From an uncultured Acidobacteriaceae bacterium (lineage in GTDB: Bacteria > Acidobacteriota > Terriglobia > Terriglobales > Acidobacteriaceae): a stretch of 64,000 nucleotides of DNA. The stretch lies in contig CAWCZX010000003.1 in assembly GCA_963800145.1 (NCBI GenBank), forward strand, positions 9,880 through 73,879, written 5' to 3'. The translations under genes and the position numbers were made by a program. Under the pieces are notes generated by a model. That model was not told where the DNA came from and searched no databases. It saw only the letters and a program-made list of their open reading frames with translations. The first letter of the stretch is position 1. Each line of letters starts with the position of its first letter. Of the stretch, positions 41,001 to 50,470 are shown in pieces.

Positions 41001-41401
41001 TTCGCGGGAACCCATGGACCACCAGTCTCGCTCCAGCCCGGCGAACCGGCGATAGCTTCCTCCAACCCGAGTTGATCCGCCAGCGTGGTAGCGTATTTGA
41101 AGGCGTCCTTCCACTCCGGCGTCATATAAGCCAGTCGCTTGTCCACGACCTGGGGTGTGAAAAGTGCTGCGTCGAAGTTCTGGAATCCACCCAGGCCGGC
41201 CCGATGCATCCACTCCTCATCGAGTTTGATGCCTTCCTTGGTAATGTTGCCGTTCATCCAGTGCCACCAGACACGGGGCCGAGCGCTCGCGGGCGGATTT
41301 TCGAAGCCACTTTTGAGCGGATCAGCTTGTTTTTGCGCGGTTGCCACTCCGAGGCTCAACACCATCGTTAGACTTGCAGTGACGATCTTAGTGAATCTCA
41401 T
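38015..41401 (-). CDS. Secreted GH106-type alpha-L-rhamnosidase-like glycoside hydrolase
   Basis: Signal peptide; ARPRVWWHWMNGNITKEGIKLD, GSPGWSETGGPW, DSWEAG, VASVAHIYG-like segment (SASVAHIYGQN..AAES), GINRIVIHESAHQP, C-terminal IDLGDVKNLAEV..NGK.LG..W..PYRVDVT and SGLLGPV. Confidence 0.82.
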   Translation of the reverse strand: MRFTKIVTASLTMVLSLGVATAQKQADPLKSGFENPPASARPRVWWHWMNGNITKEGIKLDEEWMHRAGLGGFQNFDAALFTPQVVDKRLAYMTPEWKDAFKYATTLADQLGLEEAIAGSPGWSETGGPWVPANEAMKKYVWSETRVEGGQPFTGTLAHPPSNTGAFQNLPIEDLGGALGTPFKAPEFYADSVVVAYKVPANEVAADQLQPTITSSGGTINPALLSDGDLVKTVSLPMAKEIGDKAWIQFEYPQAQTIRALTIVVGGKSPFDAFVPSTGESGRALEASDDGQNYHVVVDIPKSGSTEHTIAFAPVTAKFFRVTLKTQPVPPNPFAAMGFPTPPPPTNHEISELVLHPGARVNRFEEKAAFNQMPDLYQFATPEVAPADAIQKSDVVDLTGKMHADGTLEWTPPPGNWVVLRFGYSLLGIANHPATAEATGLEVDKLNAGFVKHYMDGYLNSYKDTVGADMMGKRGIKYVVTDSWEAGAQNWTDNMIEQFKKRRGYDPTPWLPVLTGRVVESAQASDQFLWDLRKTIADLTADEHYGQVEASLKARGMGHYGESHEEGRAFIADGMEVKKLDDIPMSAMWTQKPGINKVQYGYNADDRESASVAHIYGQNLAAAESMTSCDQTTAWAWSPATLKPTADMEFLNGINRIVIHESAHQPLIGKVPGLTLGPCGQWFNRNETWAEDAHVWIDYLARNAFLLQQGRFVADVIYFYGEDSNVTAEFAAKSPDVPAGYNFDYINADGLIHELGAENGYITTGSGMKYRVLALDPYSKHMSLPVLRAIHKLVEQGAVVAGEKPTDTPSLADDQSEFKKLSDELFGDGAGVHVVGKGKVYAGANAEAALKELKVSPDFEYSHTDNGQQILFLHRHTADADIYFVDNRGDQNSSVDASFRITGKVPELWHSDTGKIEPASYKIADGRTTVPLQFEPWGTLFVVFRNEAKQSSQTLPKPAETELTTVDGPWNVSFQADRGAPSSTTFDKLIAWNDSDDTGIKYFSGAGTYTKTVQASDDWFKNGARVWIDLGDVKNLAEVTVNGKALGIVWHAPYRVDVTGALKPGANDVTIRVTNAWVNRLIGDEQPGATTKYTFTPMKPYKANSPLLSSGLLGPVKLYAVAKTKGAE

Positions 41402-41925
41402 CCTGCTCCTATCTCCTGAACAATTCGAGTACAGCTGGCGCGGTTAGTACTCTCGCGTGCGGGTAATAGCTTCCGTCAGAATTCTTCATGGCATCGTTGC
41501 GGTGTAGTGCACCGATCAATTTCATTCCGCATTCTCCTCATCAGGGAGACGGCCAACAGAAGTGGGGTGACTCAACGCTTGGGGAACGACAAGCGCCTTC
41601 GGCAGAAAGGCGGACACACTTTTACGGGTTTTCGAGTGTTCATGCACTGTACGAAGTGATGCGTACTGTACATAACATCTATAAATGTCAATAAGCAAGT
41701 AATTTCTTATTCGGTTTTATTCGACCCCGGAGCTTTGCCTGAGCCTTCTGGATACCGCTGGCTAAGCTTGAGGGATTAAACCAATGATTTGAAAAGGCAA
41801 ATTGAAGGTACGGCATCACCTAATGGTGCGCGCAGGAACCGTGACTGAGGTCAGCTCGATCGCCGACCGCGCGAACTGCCAGTAACGAACTGTAGCAGGC
41901 TTGACCGTGCCACATCCGATCCGCT

Positions 41926-44481
41926 TTATTTCAGATCGACCACCATTCCTTTCCCATTATCTTCAGAAACGAAAGCGAAGGCCCCGGCCTTCTGCTCTAT
42001 ATGATTTGGAACCTGCTTCGAATTGATGTAAGTGTCGCCTTTTTGCGGCGTCCAACCAAATATCTCCACTTCTATTTCTTTCCACCAGGCCGGATAGGTT
42101 CCTTCGTGCGGGCCGATGTTGAGGCGCATGCCATCTGCGGTTTGCTGGCAGCTGAACTTCATGCGCAAGAAAGCTCCTTGCTGATAGGCATAGGTCTTTC
42201 CGTCGTCCTGATATAGCTGGCCGGAACATGCGTCACCCACGTAAACGCGGAGAGTAAGTGGTCCTTGTGGAGTCATGTCGGTACTCTGAACGATGGGCGC
42301 AATGGGCAAGATGGAGCCGGCGCGGACAAAGACCGGCAACTCTGCCATCTTTGGGCTCAGGCTGATTGAAAGTTGCGGATGCGCGTCGTGCAATGAAGCG
42401 GGATCGGGGGCGCTCGAGGTGCCTGCGAAAGACGGAGGGATTTTCTCGCCTGTCCAATAGTCGTACCAGTCGAGAGAAGGAAACTCCACCACGTAGCTAT
42501 CGAGTGCTTCAGGGTAGGGTGCGGGCGCAATCAGCAAGTTAGAGCCAAGCATGAACTCGCTTGCTGCAGCGGCGTCAGTGTCGATTGGATGATGGTCCGG
42601 GGCGGCATTGGGAAATTCCAGGAACAAAGGCCGCACCAATGGCAGGCCGGTTCGCGACGCTTCATCGGCCAGCGTGTAGAGGTAAGGCATAAGCTGGTAG
42701 CGCGCCTCGATGAAATGGCGTCGGATCGCTTCCTGTTCAGGGCCTCCGACCCAGGGTTCCTGATCGCCAGAACCTTTTTCGGCATGATCGCGGTCGATGG
42801 GTTGAAAAGCCGCGACTTCAAACCACTTGGTCAATAAATCAGTGGCCGGTGTTCCTGAATACCCTCCCACATCGGCACCGCTGAATGCGAAGCCGCTCAG
42901 TCCAAGGTTTTCAAGCATCGGGGTGGTCATGCGGAGATGGTTCCAGCTACTGCTGTTGTCTCCCGTCCATGTCGCGGCATACCTTTGCCCACCGGCATAC
43001 GTTGCCCTGGTCAAAACAAAAGGCCGCGTGTTGGGATCGAGATTCCTGAGACCGTCGAAGGTCGCCCGCGAATTTTCCATGCCATACACGTCGTGAATTT
43101 CGGCGTGAGTTGCAATGCGCGAAGCAAAGCCAGGTTCATCGATGCGATGCAATGTGTTTTCGGGCATCGTGTGGGTGGCCGTATCGAAGATCGACGGCTC
43201 ATTCATGTCGTTCCAGAATCCATCCACGCCATCACGCCTGAAATCGCGATAGAGTGTTCCCCACCACGCGCGCGTCTGCTGGCGCGTGAAATCAGGAAAG
43301 ACACTTGGGCCAGGCCAGACGCCGCCTGTGTAGATAGACCCATCGGCATTCTTGACAAAGTGATTGCCCGTAATCCCGCTGTCATATGCGTAATAGTTTT
43401 GTCCTGGCAGGTTTGCGATGTGCAGATCGGTAATGGCAATGACGTGGAGGTTCTCCGCGTGAAGCTTTGCCATCATCCCGGAAAAATCTGGAAACGCCGC
43501 TCGATTGACCGTAAATGGCCGGTTCTTATCCTGGTAATCGATGTCGAGATAGATCGCATCGGCAGGAATGCGATCGGTACGAAGGCGATTGGCAACTTCG
43601 AGGACGCGGTCCTGCGACATGTAGCTATAACGCGACTGCTGGTAGCCCAGCGCCCAGAGGGGTGGAAGCGGCGGCGTTCCAGTGAGCCATGCATACGTCT
43701 CAACAACCTGCTTCGGCGTCGGCCCATAAAACAGGTAGTAATCCACTGGCCCCGCAACCGCGCCGAAGGAATACGCGTTACCCGACTCCTTGCCGAAGTC
43801 AAAACTTGTGCGCCAGGTATTGTCGAGGAGCACGCCCATTGCCCGCCCAGCGCGATACGTCATGAAGTATGGAATGCTCTTGTAGAGCGGGTCGGTCGAT
43901 TCCTGGAAGCGGTAGGCGTCCGTGTTCCAAAGCGTGAATGCTTCGTTGCGACGGTCAAGCGGTCCAGTCTTATCGCCGAGTCCGAAGTAGTGCTCATCAA
44001 GAGGCATGACCTTAGAAATGCGGAATGCGTCACCGTCGAAATGAACTGCGCATGCATCTTGCTGAAGGATATTTCCGGCCAAGTCACTAATTGTGAGTTT
44101 GAGAGAGTTCTTGTCTAAATCAACGATCAACGCATGCGTGCGGAATCCGAGATTTTTGCTGCTTGCCACGATCTCAACCGGAACCGAACTATGCCGTGAA
44201 CCGGGAAGCACAGCCCAGGATGCATCTTCGGGCAACGAACTGCCGTGCGCAAGAGTTACCCGCAAGATATCCTCGCGCAGGGCAACGATCTTGAGGCGCA
44301 TGTCGCCATTTTGCACGTCGATCCCATTGGCCAACTTGGTCACGATCGTTGGATGCACCGTCGGACGCACCCGCGGCGCGGCGGATTTGAATTGAGCCCA
44401 GGCCACGCTGGAGCCCGCCCACAGCATGGCAATAAAGAAAAAGACAAAGAATTTCCGATGATATTTGCAGTACAAGCGCAT
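41926..44481 (-). CDS. Secreted GH31 glycoside hydrolase (alpha-glucosidase-like)
   Basis: YFGLGDKTG, LYKSIPY, PPLWALGYQQSRYSY, the catalytic WNDMNEP and WTGDN motifs, GADVGG and LYQDDG. Confidence 0.92.
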   Translation of the reverse strand: MRLYCKYHRKFFVFFFIAMLWAGSSVAWAQFKSAAPRVRPTVHPTIVTKLANGIDVQNGDMRLKIVALREDILRVTLAHGSSLPEDASWAVLPGSRHSSVPVEIVASSKNLGFRTHALIVDLDKNSLKLTISDLAGNILQQDACAVHFDGDAFRISKVMPLDEHYFGLGDKTGPLDRRNEAFTLWNTDAYRFQESTDPLYKSIPYFMTYRAGRAMGVLLDNTWRTSFDFGKESGNAYSFGAVAGPVDYYLFYGPTPKQVVETYAWLTGTPPLPPLWALGYQQSRYSYMSQDRVLEVANRLRTDRIPADAIYLDIDYQDKNRPFTVNRAAFPDFSGMMAKLHAENLHVIAITDLHIANLPGQNYYAYDSGITGNHFVKNADGSIYTGGVWPGPSVFPDFTRQQTRAWWGTLYRDFRRDGVDGFWNDMNEPSIFDTATHTMPENTLHRIDEPGFASRIATHAEIHDVYGMENSRATFDGLRNLDPNTRPFVLTRATYAGGQRYAATWTGDNSSSWNHLRMTTPMLENLGLSGFAFSGADVGGYSGTPATDLLTKWFEVAAFQPIDRDHAEKGSGDQEPWVGGPEQEAIRRHFIEARYQLMPYLYTLADEASRTGLPLVRPLFLEFPNAAPDHHPIDTDAAAASEFMLGSNLLIAPAPYPEALDSYVVEFPSLDWYDYWTGEKIPPSFAGTSSAPDPASLHDAHPQLSISLSPKMAELPVFVRAGSILPIAPIVQSTDMTPQGPLTLRVYVGDACSGQLYQDDGKTYAYQQGAFLRMKFSCQQTADGMRLNIGPHEGTYPAWWKEIEVEIFGWTPQKGDTYINSKQVPNHIEQKAGAFAFVSEDNGKGMVVDLK

Positions 44482-44547
44482 GATGGCTCCTGGGCTGAGA
44501 TGATGCCTGTGCTTTGTTCGTGATGAGTGGGTGGGAGCGCAGCCCCG

Positions 44548-46509
44548 CTAGGGCGTGGACGCTGGGCCGGGTGGAGATTCGATCCCGGAAAGATCGGGAT
44601 CTTCGACCAACTTCACTCCGCGGTCGCGACCCCGTTGCTTGATGGTTTTCACCTGGTCGATTGCGGCGGACGCGTCCCGGGTATCGCCGATCTGGCGGTA
44701 TAGCCGTGCAAGAAGATAGTGAATTGAGCCATTCTCATCGCTCGACAAGCCCATGTTCAGTTGGTCGATGGCGTCCCGGGTTCTGCCTGTTTCCGCATAG
44801 ATTTTGCCGATCAAGGCATGTACGTGACCAACCATCTGCGGCTTCACGGTCAAGCTTTTCATCAGGTACGGCTCGGCCTGAGCATATTGCTCTTTGGCTA
44901 CCAGGGTCTCTGCCATAATTAAATTCAGTTCCGCGTCCTGCGGGTTGGTTTCCAAGGCCAACCGCGCGGTGTCCATGGCTTTATCGACGTTGTTGTTGTT
45001 CAGAAAGGCAGAAGCCAGACCGACCAAAGCAGCAGTGTCGCCGGGAGCGATGCTGAGTGCCCTGCTGTATTCCGACTGTGCGTCGTCGAATCTTTCCAGT
45101 TGATCGTAGATGTCGCCGAGCAGCACATGGCTTCTCGCCGAGTCCGATTCCAGTAGTTGGAAGCGCGCAAGAGATTTGAGGGCGAGCCGTTGGTTGGCTT
45201 GAATCGACCAGTAGAGAGCTTCGGGGGAATGCGGCTTCAATGCTTCCAGAGCAGTCGCTGCCCTGAAGGCAAGCTCATTATCACCGGCAAAGAATGAGCA
45301 GGCCGCAAGCAGCGGAAGTTTGTCCGCGCGTGCCGCAGTGAGCGCCGAATCAAATTTCTCCGCGCACAGTGTAAACTCTCCTGCCGCGTAATGCGCTTCC
45401 GCGGATTGGCGATCGGTGGACACCGTTTCTATCGACGGCAGTGCGTCCGATTCACGCGGATTCGAATTGTCCGCTAGAGTTTGGTCGTTTCCGTTGAACG
45501 CGGCCAACAGAACTCCGCGCAAATCCACCGGCAAGTCTGTGCTTTGCTGCGAAAAATAGCCGGCTGCGTTTGCTGCTGAATCGCTGGAGATTCCCTCAAC
45601 AAGGAAGGCAACGTTGGAAACGACAAAGCCGTGATCGCGCGCCCACAACTCCTTGAGCAATTTGACTGCCTGCTCCTTGTCGCCGCGATCAATGGCTATG
45701 CGCGCCTGCCCAAGCATTGCGAGTCCGCATTCGGGATGTGTAGTACGTTCGGCCGCAAACTCCGTGGCCGCGCTGTCCGCGTCGCGATGCCTGAGAAGCG
45801 CAAAGCCCAACTCCGAATGAATGCATGGGGGTTGAGGACGGGTAGCAAGCAAACTCCGATAGAGGGTTGCGGCCTCTCCGAATCTCGCCTGCTTTTCCAG
45901 CGATTCGGCATAGAGCGCTCCCGCGAAGGGGGAGTCCTTGGCTTCTGTCGACATTTCGCGGGCGTCGGCTTCCACCTGGTTCAGGCGGGCAATTCCGAGT
46001 GCGAACCACGCGTCACTGAGCCTGGGGTCGAGTGTAGTCGCGCGCTCAAACTCGCGCGCAGCCACTGTAAACTTGCCCGTTGCGAAATAGGCGCGCCCCA
46101 ACGCGAGTGGAGCCTGCGGGTCCGCCTTGTTGATCTTTTCCGCTTTGGTCAGAAATGGAATCGCGTCCTGCGCTTTATGAATCCGCAGATCGTCGATACC
46201 AAGAAAAAGGTTGGGGACATATAAAGACGGGTTGAGGTGATTAGCGTAAAGAAAGCTCTTGACTGCCGCGGGAATGTTGCCGGCTTGCTGCTCCATCAAT
46301 CCGAGATTGGCCCAAAGTTCCGGCATCTGTGGCTCGATTCTTACAGCCTGTCTGTATGCGTTTTCAGCCGCGCCGTAATCATGCGCAGCCTGGGCCTGTT
46401 GAGCCGTCGCCACGAGGGATTCGAGCCTGGATGCCGGCCCCTGCTGGCCCGCCCCGGATATGGGGCTGGCCAGCAAGACCACCAGCAGTGATTTGAAGCA
46501 GTTGTTCAA
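44548..46509 (-). CDS. Secreted tetratricopeptide-repeat protein downstream of the second receptor
   Basis: TTG start 7 nt after the receptor stop, a signal peptide, and many TPRs (ELWANLGLMEQQAG; SHVLLGDIYDQLERFDDAQSEYSRAL). The ORF-track start at 46653 overlaps the receptor and is unlikely. Confidence 0.8.
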   Translation of the reverse strand: MNNCFKSLLVVLLASPISGAGQQGPASRLESLVATAQQAQAAHDYGAAENAYRQAVRIEPQMPELWANLGLMEQQAGNIPAAVKSFLYANHLNPSLYVPNLFLGIDDLRIHKAQDAIPFLTKAEKINKADPQAPLALGRAYFATGKFTVAAREFERATTLDPRLSDAWFALGIARLNQVEADAREMSTEAKDSPFAGALYAESLEKQARFGEAATLYRSLLATRPQPPCIHSELGFALLRHRDADSAATEFAAERTTHPECGLAMLGQARIAIDRGDKEQAVKLLKELWARDHGFVVSNVAFLVEGISSDSAANAAGYFSQQSTDLPVDLRGVLLAAFNGNDQTLADNSNPRESDALPSIETVSTDRQSAEAHYAAGEFTLCAEKFDSALTAARADKLPLLAACSFFAGDNELAFRAATALEALKPHSPEALYWSIQANQRLALKSLARFQLLESDSARSHVLLGDIYDQLERFDDAQSEYSRALSIAPGDTAALVGLASAFLNNNNVDKAMDTARLALETNPQDAELNLIMAETLVAKEQYAQAEPYLMKSLTVKPQMVGHVHALIGKIYAETGRTRDAIDQLNMGLSSDENGSIHYLLARLYRQIGDTRDASAAIDQVKTIKQRGRDRGVKLVEDPDLSGIESPPGPASTP

Positions 46510-46516
46510 GTGCCGT

Positions 46517-49500
46517 TTACCAGTAGAACTTCCCAGCCCACTGGACAATTCTGCCCGGGAAGCTGTTCGTGATTTGCCCAAAGCTGCTGCCGCAACTTGA
46601 GCTGGCGTTCGGATCGCACCCGGAGTAGCTTGTCGCCCCTGCTCCTGGTGCATAGAAGTTCGGATGGTTGAAGGTGTTGAAGGTCTCGAGACGGAACTGG
46701 GCCCTCATCGACTCCCTGAATGTCCAGTTCTTTTCGAGGACTGTATCCCAGTCCTGATAACGGGGCCCACGCACATTTGAGAAGTAACGAGGAGCGGTGC
46801 CGAATGTGCCGAAGTCCGCGTATTTGAATGCTGCCGTGTTGAACCACTCGTGGATCGTGGGGTGAGAGAGCTTGGGATTCGCGATTACATCCGGCCTCGG
46901 ATTGCCGCCATAGGAAGCAATATCGTTGCCGAAAATGCCCAGCGGAATTCCCTGCTTGAAGGTTGCAATTCCTGAAACTTCCCAGCCGCCAAACACCGCG
47001 TCCGTTGCTCGATTCATGCCCGAACCCCAGCTCTTGCCACGGCCTACCGGAAGTTGGTACGTATAGCTCGCAACCAGCGATTGCGGGATATCGCCACCAT
47101 CGACGCTCTTGTCGGCGGCCATGTTGTAGTTGTTCGCCGGAGTAACGCCCCAGTTAGTCGGTCCGTTGTAGGACCAGGCGTTGTTGCCTGCGACGTTGTC
47201 AAGGAACTTGGAGTAGGTGTAGGAAACCAACGCGGTGAGCCCCTTGCTCACCCGGTGATTGTAAGTGACTTGCAATGCATTGTAGAGCGACTGGCCGACA
47301 GGTGCGTCGGTTTGGCTTACAGAGCCATTGCAATACTGTGGATATGGAGAGAGCAATTGAGCGTTAGTCACAGTTGCATTGTTCAGACCACACGAGCTTG
47401 GGGCAACGCTTCCAGTGGCGGACAGCGCTGTGAGAGCCGCGCCCAGCGGATTGGGCGCCTGGGCATTAAGGAACGTTGCTCCTTGCGCCAGGTACTTCGG
47501 ATCCAGCTGGTTGTAATTGTGGGCACCAACCATGCGGACGCCGCGGTTCCCAATGTAATCGACTTCAAGTTCGTCGCTCCGCCCTATGGCGTATTGCACG
47601 CCTAACAACCATTGCTGAACATAGGGTGAGGGGCGGCTTCTGAAAACGCTGCCGACTCCATTACCGTCCTGTTGGTACCCTCCGTTGGAGCTGCCCGTGA
47701 TTTGCGCGTAGTTACCGCCCCAGGGATTGCTAGTGCTGATATTCGGGTTAGGGCTGATTCCGCCATCGAGTGTGGGATTCGAATACGTTTGAGCTGAAAA
47801 TCCATCCGCATCGCCAGGGAAACAGCAGGTGACCGATTGCGGAAAGAAGATTCCATAACCGCCGTGGATCACCGATTTGGCGTTCGGCTCATACGAGAAG
47901 CCAAGACGAGGCGCCATGTTGTCGTAGTTCAGGTTGTAGACGTCGCGATTTCCGGCGCCAAGAAACTCCAGCGCGCCCAAATAGGGTTTACCCACTGAGT
48001 AGCTGATGGGGTTGATTGCGTTCGGATTGAAGATCGACGCCACGTTATGGCGGTAGGTGTCCGGGGTCTGAAGTTCATACCGGAAGCCCAGGTTCAAAGT
48101 GAGGTTATGGGTCGCTTTCCAATCGTCCTGCACATATCCGCCTAACAGATGGTTTGAAACGAGCGGATTGTAGACGGTTCCGACTTTGGTTCCGGTGGTT
48201 CCGTTGTCCACCACACCGAGCAACATCTGCGCGACCCCATTGCCGCTGGCGAATCCCGATGCATTCACTGGATCCGGCCCTGAAGTGAAGCCTCCTGTGA
48301 ATGTCAGCGTTGTCTGGTAGTAGTTATGCTGGCTGTCTACCTGCTCAACACCCATGAAACCGAAGTTCAAGGTGTTGTTGCCGAGAAGCTTGATGAAGTC
48401 TGTTGCCACGGTGCCGATCGGTCCATGGTTGGTGACGGCCTGCTGGTTGTTGCCGCCTGGTCCCAAAGAGGACACGCTTCCGACATCGACGATCGGGAAC
48501 AACGGACTGTTGGAAGAGACGTACCCCGGGAGGCCAAGCGTGCCTGACGGATCGAAGCCGAAGGATTGGTTGTCTGACGTTTCATGCCAGAGTTGAACGC
48601 CCGAAGTTACATTCATGGTGAAGGTGGGACTGAAGATTTGCGTGAGTCCGGCCCACATACCCCAGCGGTTGTTTGGCCGGGCATTTCCGGGGCCTGCCGG
48701 GTCAGATCCCCAGTCATCCGCTGCGCCTGTCTTGAATTCTTCCTTGTAGGCGTAGCGGAAATAGGCATTGGTTTTGTCGGAGATGTTGTGGTCGACGCGA
48801 ATATTGTATTCGTTCGAGTGTGCCGGCGCGGATCCGGATACGACGAGGTTGTTTGAAAGTCCACTTCCCGTCGCCTTGGGATAGAAACTCAGCAACTTCG
48901 CGCCAACTGCGTCCGGTGCATATCCAGCAAGGTTGCTAAGAATGTTGCCCGGGATGGGGTCGCGGATGTAGCCAGTCTGCGTAGCAGTCAGGCCGGTTTT
49001 AGGATCCACCGAACCGGCGGTAATTGCGCGTCCGCTATGCGGATCGTAAATCTGTCCAGCCAGGATGGGCCGGCCGAGTCCGTCGGTTTTGCCTGTCGCA
49101 CCGCCCAGTATCTCTGAGAAGTCGCCAGCCAGGAACTTGGCGTCAGGCACGGTGTAGGTTGTGACCGAGGGGGTAGACACTGCGAAGTGTTCGAACAGGC
49201 CGAAGACGAACGTCTTATCGCGCTGTCTATAGAGTCCGGGAATGTAGAGAGGGCCGCCTGCCGAAGCACCCAGCTGGTTGCGATTCAGGGTCGCATTCGA
49301 AGTTGAGAAATAATTCAGCGCGTTGAGTTTATTGTCGGCGTAGAACTCGTAAGCCGAGCCGTGAAAATTGCGCGTTCCGGCTTTCGTCACGACGTTCACC
49401 ACGTTGCCGGTGCTCCAGCCATACTGGGCGGTGAAGGAGTTGTTCTGAATTCTGAATTCCTGCACTGCATCCACTGAGGGAACGAAAATGACTGCGCCCC

Positions 49501-50197
49501 ACTCAGGGTCCGTATCCCACGAGCCGTCGAGCATAAAGCCGGTTGTGCCAAAAAATCCGCCGGCGAAGTTAAGGAACGAGACGTCCTGGTCAGCATTGTC
49601 GGTGCTGTTGCTGCCGCCGCCCAGAAGCATTTGACCTTCTGATGTGTTGCTTACGGAAGAATTAAGAGTGGTGAGACCGTATACGTTGCGCACGTTGAGC
49701 GGAAGCTCGACGATCTCTTTCGCTTCGAGGTCAGCGGCCACATTGGAATTGTCGGTATTGAGTTGTGCAGCATCGGCTGTGACCGTTACTGACTGTGTCT
49801 CAGCTCCAAGCGTCAGCGTCACGCTCTGCGCTGCAGACTGGCCCGCATTCAACAGGATGCCGTTTTGCTGATACGTCTCAAAGCCCTTGGCCTTGATCGT
49901 CAGGCTATAAGTGGATGGCGGAAGTTGACCGAACAGGTATCTGCCTCCTGGATCGGTGCTAAATGTTCGAGTGACGCCTTTTTCCCGGCTCATCAGAGTC
50001 ACGGAGGCTGTCGGCACCACCGCTCCAGTGGGATCCGTGACCACACCGGAAAGCGTTGCTGTCGTCGTTGCAATTTGCGCGTTAACCCATGGAGTGCTGC
50101 CTGCCAACATCGCAAGCAGAATCGCGAATCCACCCCAGTACCAAAGAGACCTTGGTCTCCAACTGCCTCTTGAACTCAATGTGCAGCCTCCAGTCAT
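46517..50197 (-). CDS. Second TonB-dependent receptor-like protein with carboxypeptidase-regulatory-like domain
   Basis: LSGVVTDPTGAVVP, SVDAVQEFRIQNNSFTAQYG plug, YVQDDWKATHNLTLNLGFRYE, APRLGFSY, C-terminal KFYW. Confidence 0.9.
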   Translation of the reverse strand: MTGGCTLSSRGSWRPRSLWYWGGFAILLAMLAGSTPWVNAQIATTTATLSGVVTDPTGAVVPTASVTLMSREKGVTRTFSTDPGGRYLFGQLPPSTYSLTIKAKGFETYQQNGILLNAGQSAAQSVTLTLGAETQSVTVTADAAQLNTDNSNVAADLEAKEIVELPLNVRNVYGLTTLNSSVSNTSEGQMLLGGGSNSTDNADQDVSFLNFAGGFFGTTGFMLDGSWDTDPEWGAVIFVPSVDAVQEFRIQNNSFTAQYGWSTGNVVNVVTKAGTRNFHGSAYEFYADNKLNALNYFSTSNATLNRNQLGASAGGPLYIPGLYRQRDKTFVFGLFEHFAVSTPSVTTYTVPDAKFLAGDFSEILGGATGKTDGLGRPILAGQIYDPHSGRAITAGSVDPKTGLTATQTGYIRDPIPGNILSNLAGYAPDAVGAKLLSFYPKATGSGLSNNLVVSGSAPAHSNEYNIRVDHNISDKTNAYFRYAYKEEFKTGAADDWGSDPAGPGNARPNNRWGMWAGLTQIFSPTFTMNVTSGVQLWHETSDNQSFGFDPSGTLGLPGYVSSNSPLFPIVDVGSVSSLGPGGNNQQAVTNHGPIGTVATDFIKLLGNNTLNFGFMGVEQVDSQHNYYQTTLTFTGGFTSGPDPVNASGFASGNGVAQMLLGVVDNGTTGTKVGTVYNPLVSNHLLGGYVQDDWKATHNLTLNLGFRYELQTPDTYRHNVASIFNPNAINPISYSVGKPYLGALEFLGAGNRDVYNLNYDNMAPRLGFSYEPNAKSVIHGGYGIFFPQSVTCCFPGDADGFSAQTYSNPTLDGGISPNPNISTSNPWGGNYAQITGSSNGGYQQDGNGVGSVFRSRPSPYVQQWLLGVQYAIGRSDELEVDYIGNRGVRMVGAHNYNQLDPKYLAQGATFLNAQAPNPLGAALTALSATGSVAPSSCGLNNATVTNAQLLSPYPQYCNGSVSQTDAPVGQSLYNALQVTYNHRVSKGLTALVSYTYSKFLDNVAGNNAWSYNGPTNWGVTPANNYNMAADKSVDGGDIPQSLVASYTYQLPVGRGKSWGSGMNRATDAVFGGWEVSGIATFKQGIPLGIFGNDIASYGGNPRPDVIANPKLSHPTIHEWFNTAAFKYADFGTFGTAPRYFSNVRGPRYQDWDTVLEKNWTFRESMRAQFRLETFNTFNHPNFYAPGAGATSYSGCDPNASSSCGSSFGQITNSFPGRIVQWAGKFYW

Positions 50198-50429
50198 TCG
50201 TGGTCCCCCAGCGTTCCGAGCTTCAGGGGCCCGTGGTGCGTCCCTGTAGCGGTCCTCAGAGATCGGTGCTTAAAAGCCAGACCCCTTTTAGGCGTCTTGA
50301 TAAGAGGCTGTGAAGGTCCTTACAGCTAAGTGACAGGAAACTTATCAGGTAAACATTTATATAAGTGTCTGTTTATAAAGCGCTTATTCATTGGTTATCA
50401 GTAACACGGCATATCGATTCTTATCGGGG

Positions 50430-50435
50430 TATAAT
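50430..50435 (+). promoter_or_regulatory. Consensus -10 box upstream of the second membrane regulator
   Basis: TATAAT 35 nt before ATG 50471, in an AT-rich divergent intergenic region that also holds TTATCAG(G)TAA direct repeats at 50342 and 50395. Confidence 0.35.
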
Positions 50436-50470
50436 CGCTTGAATCTTAAACAGGACGGGCCCTTTTCTCT

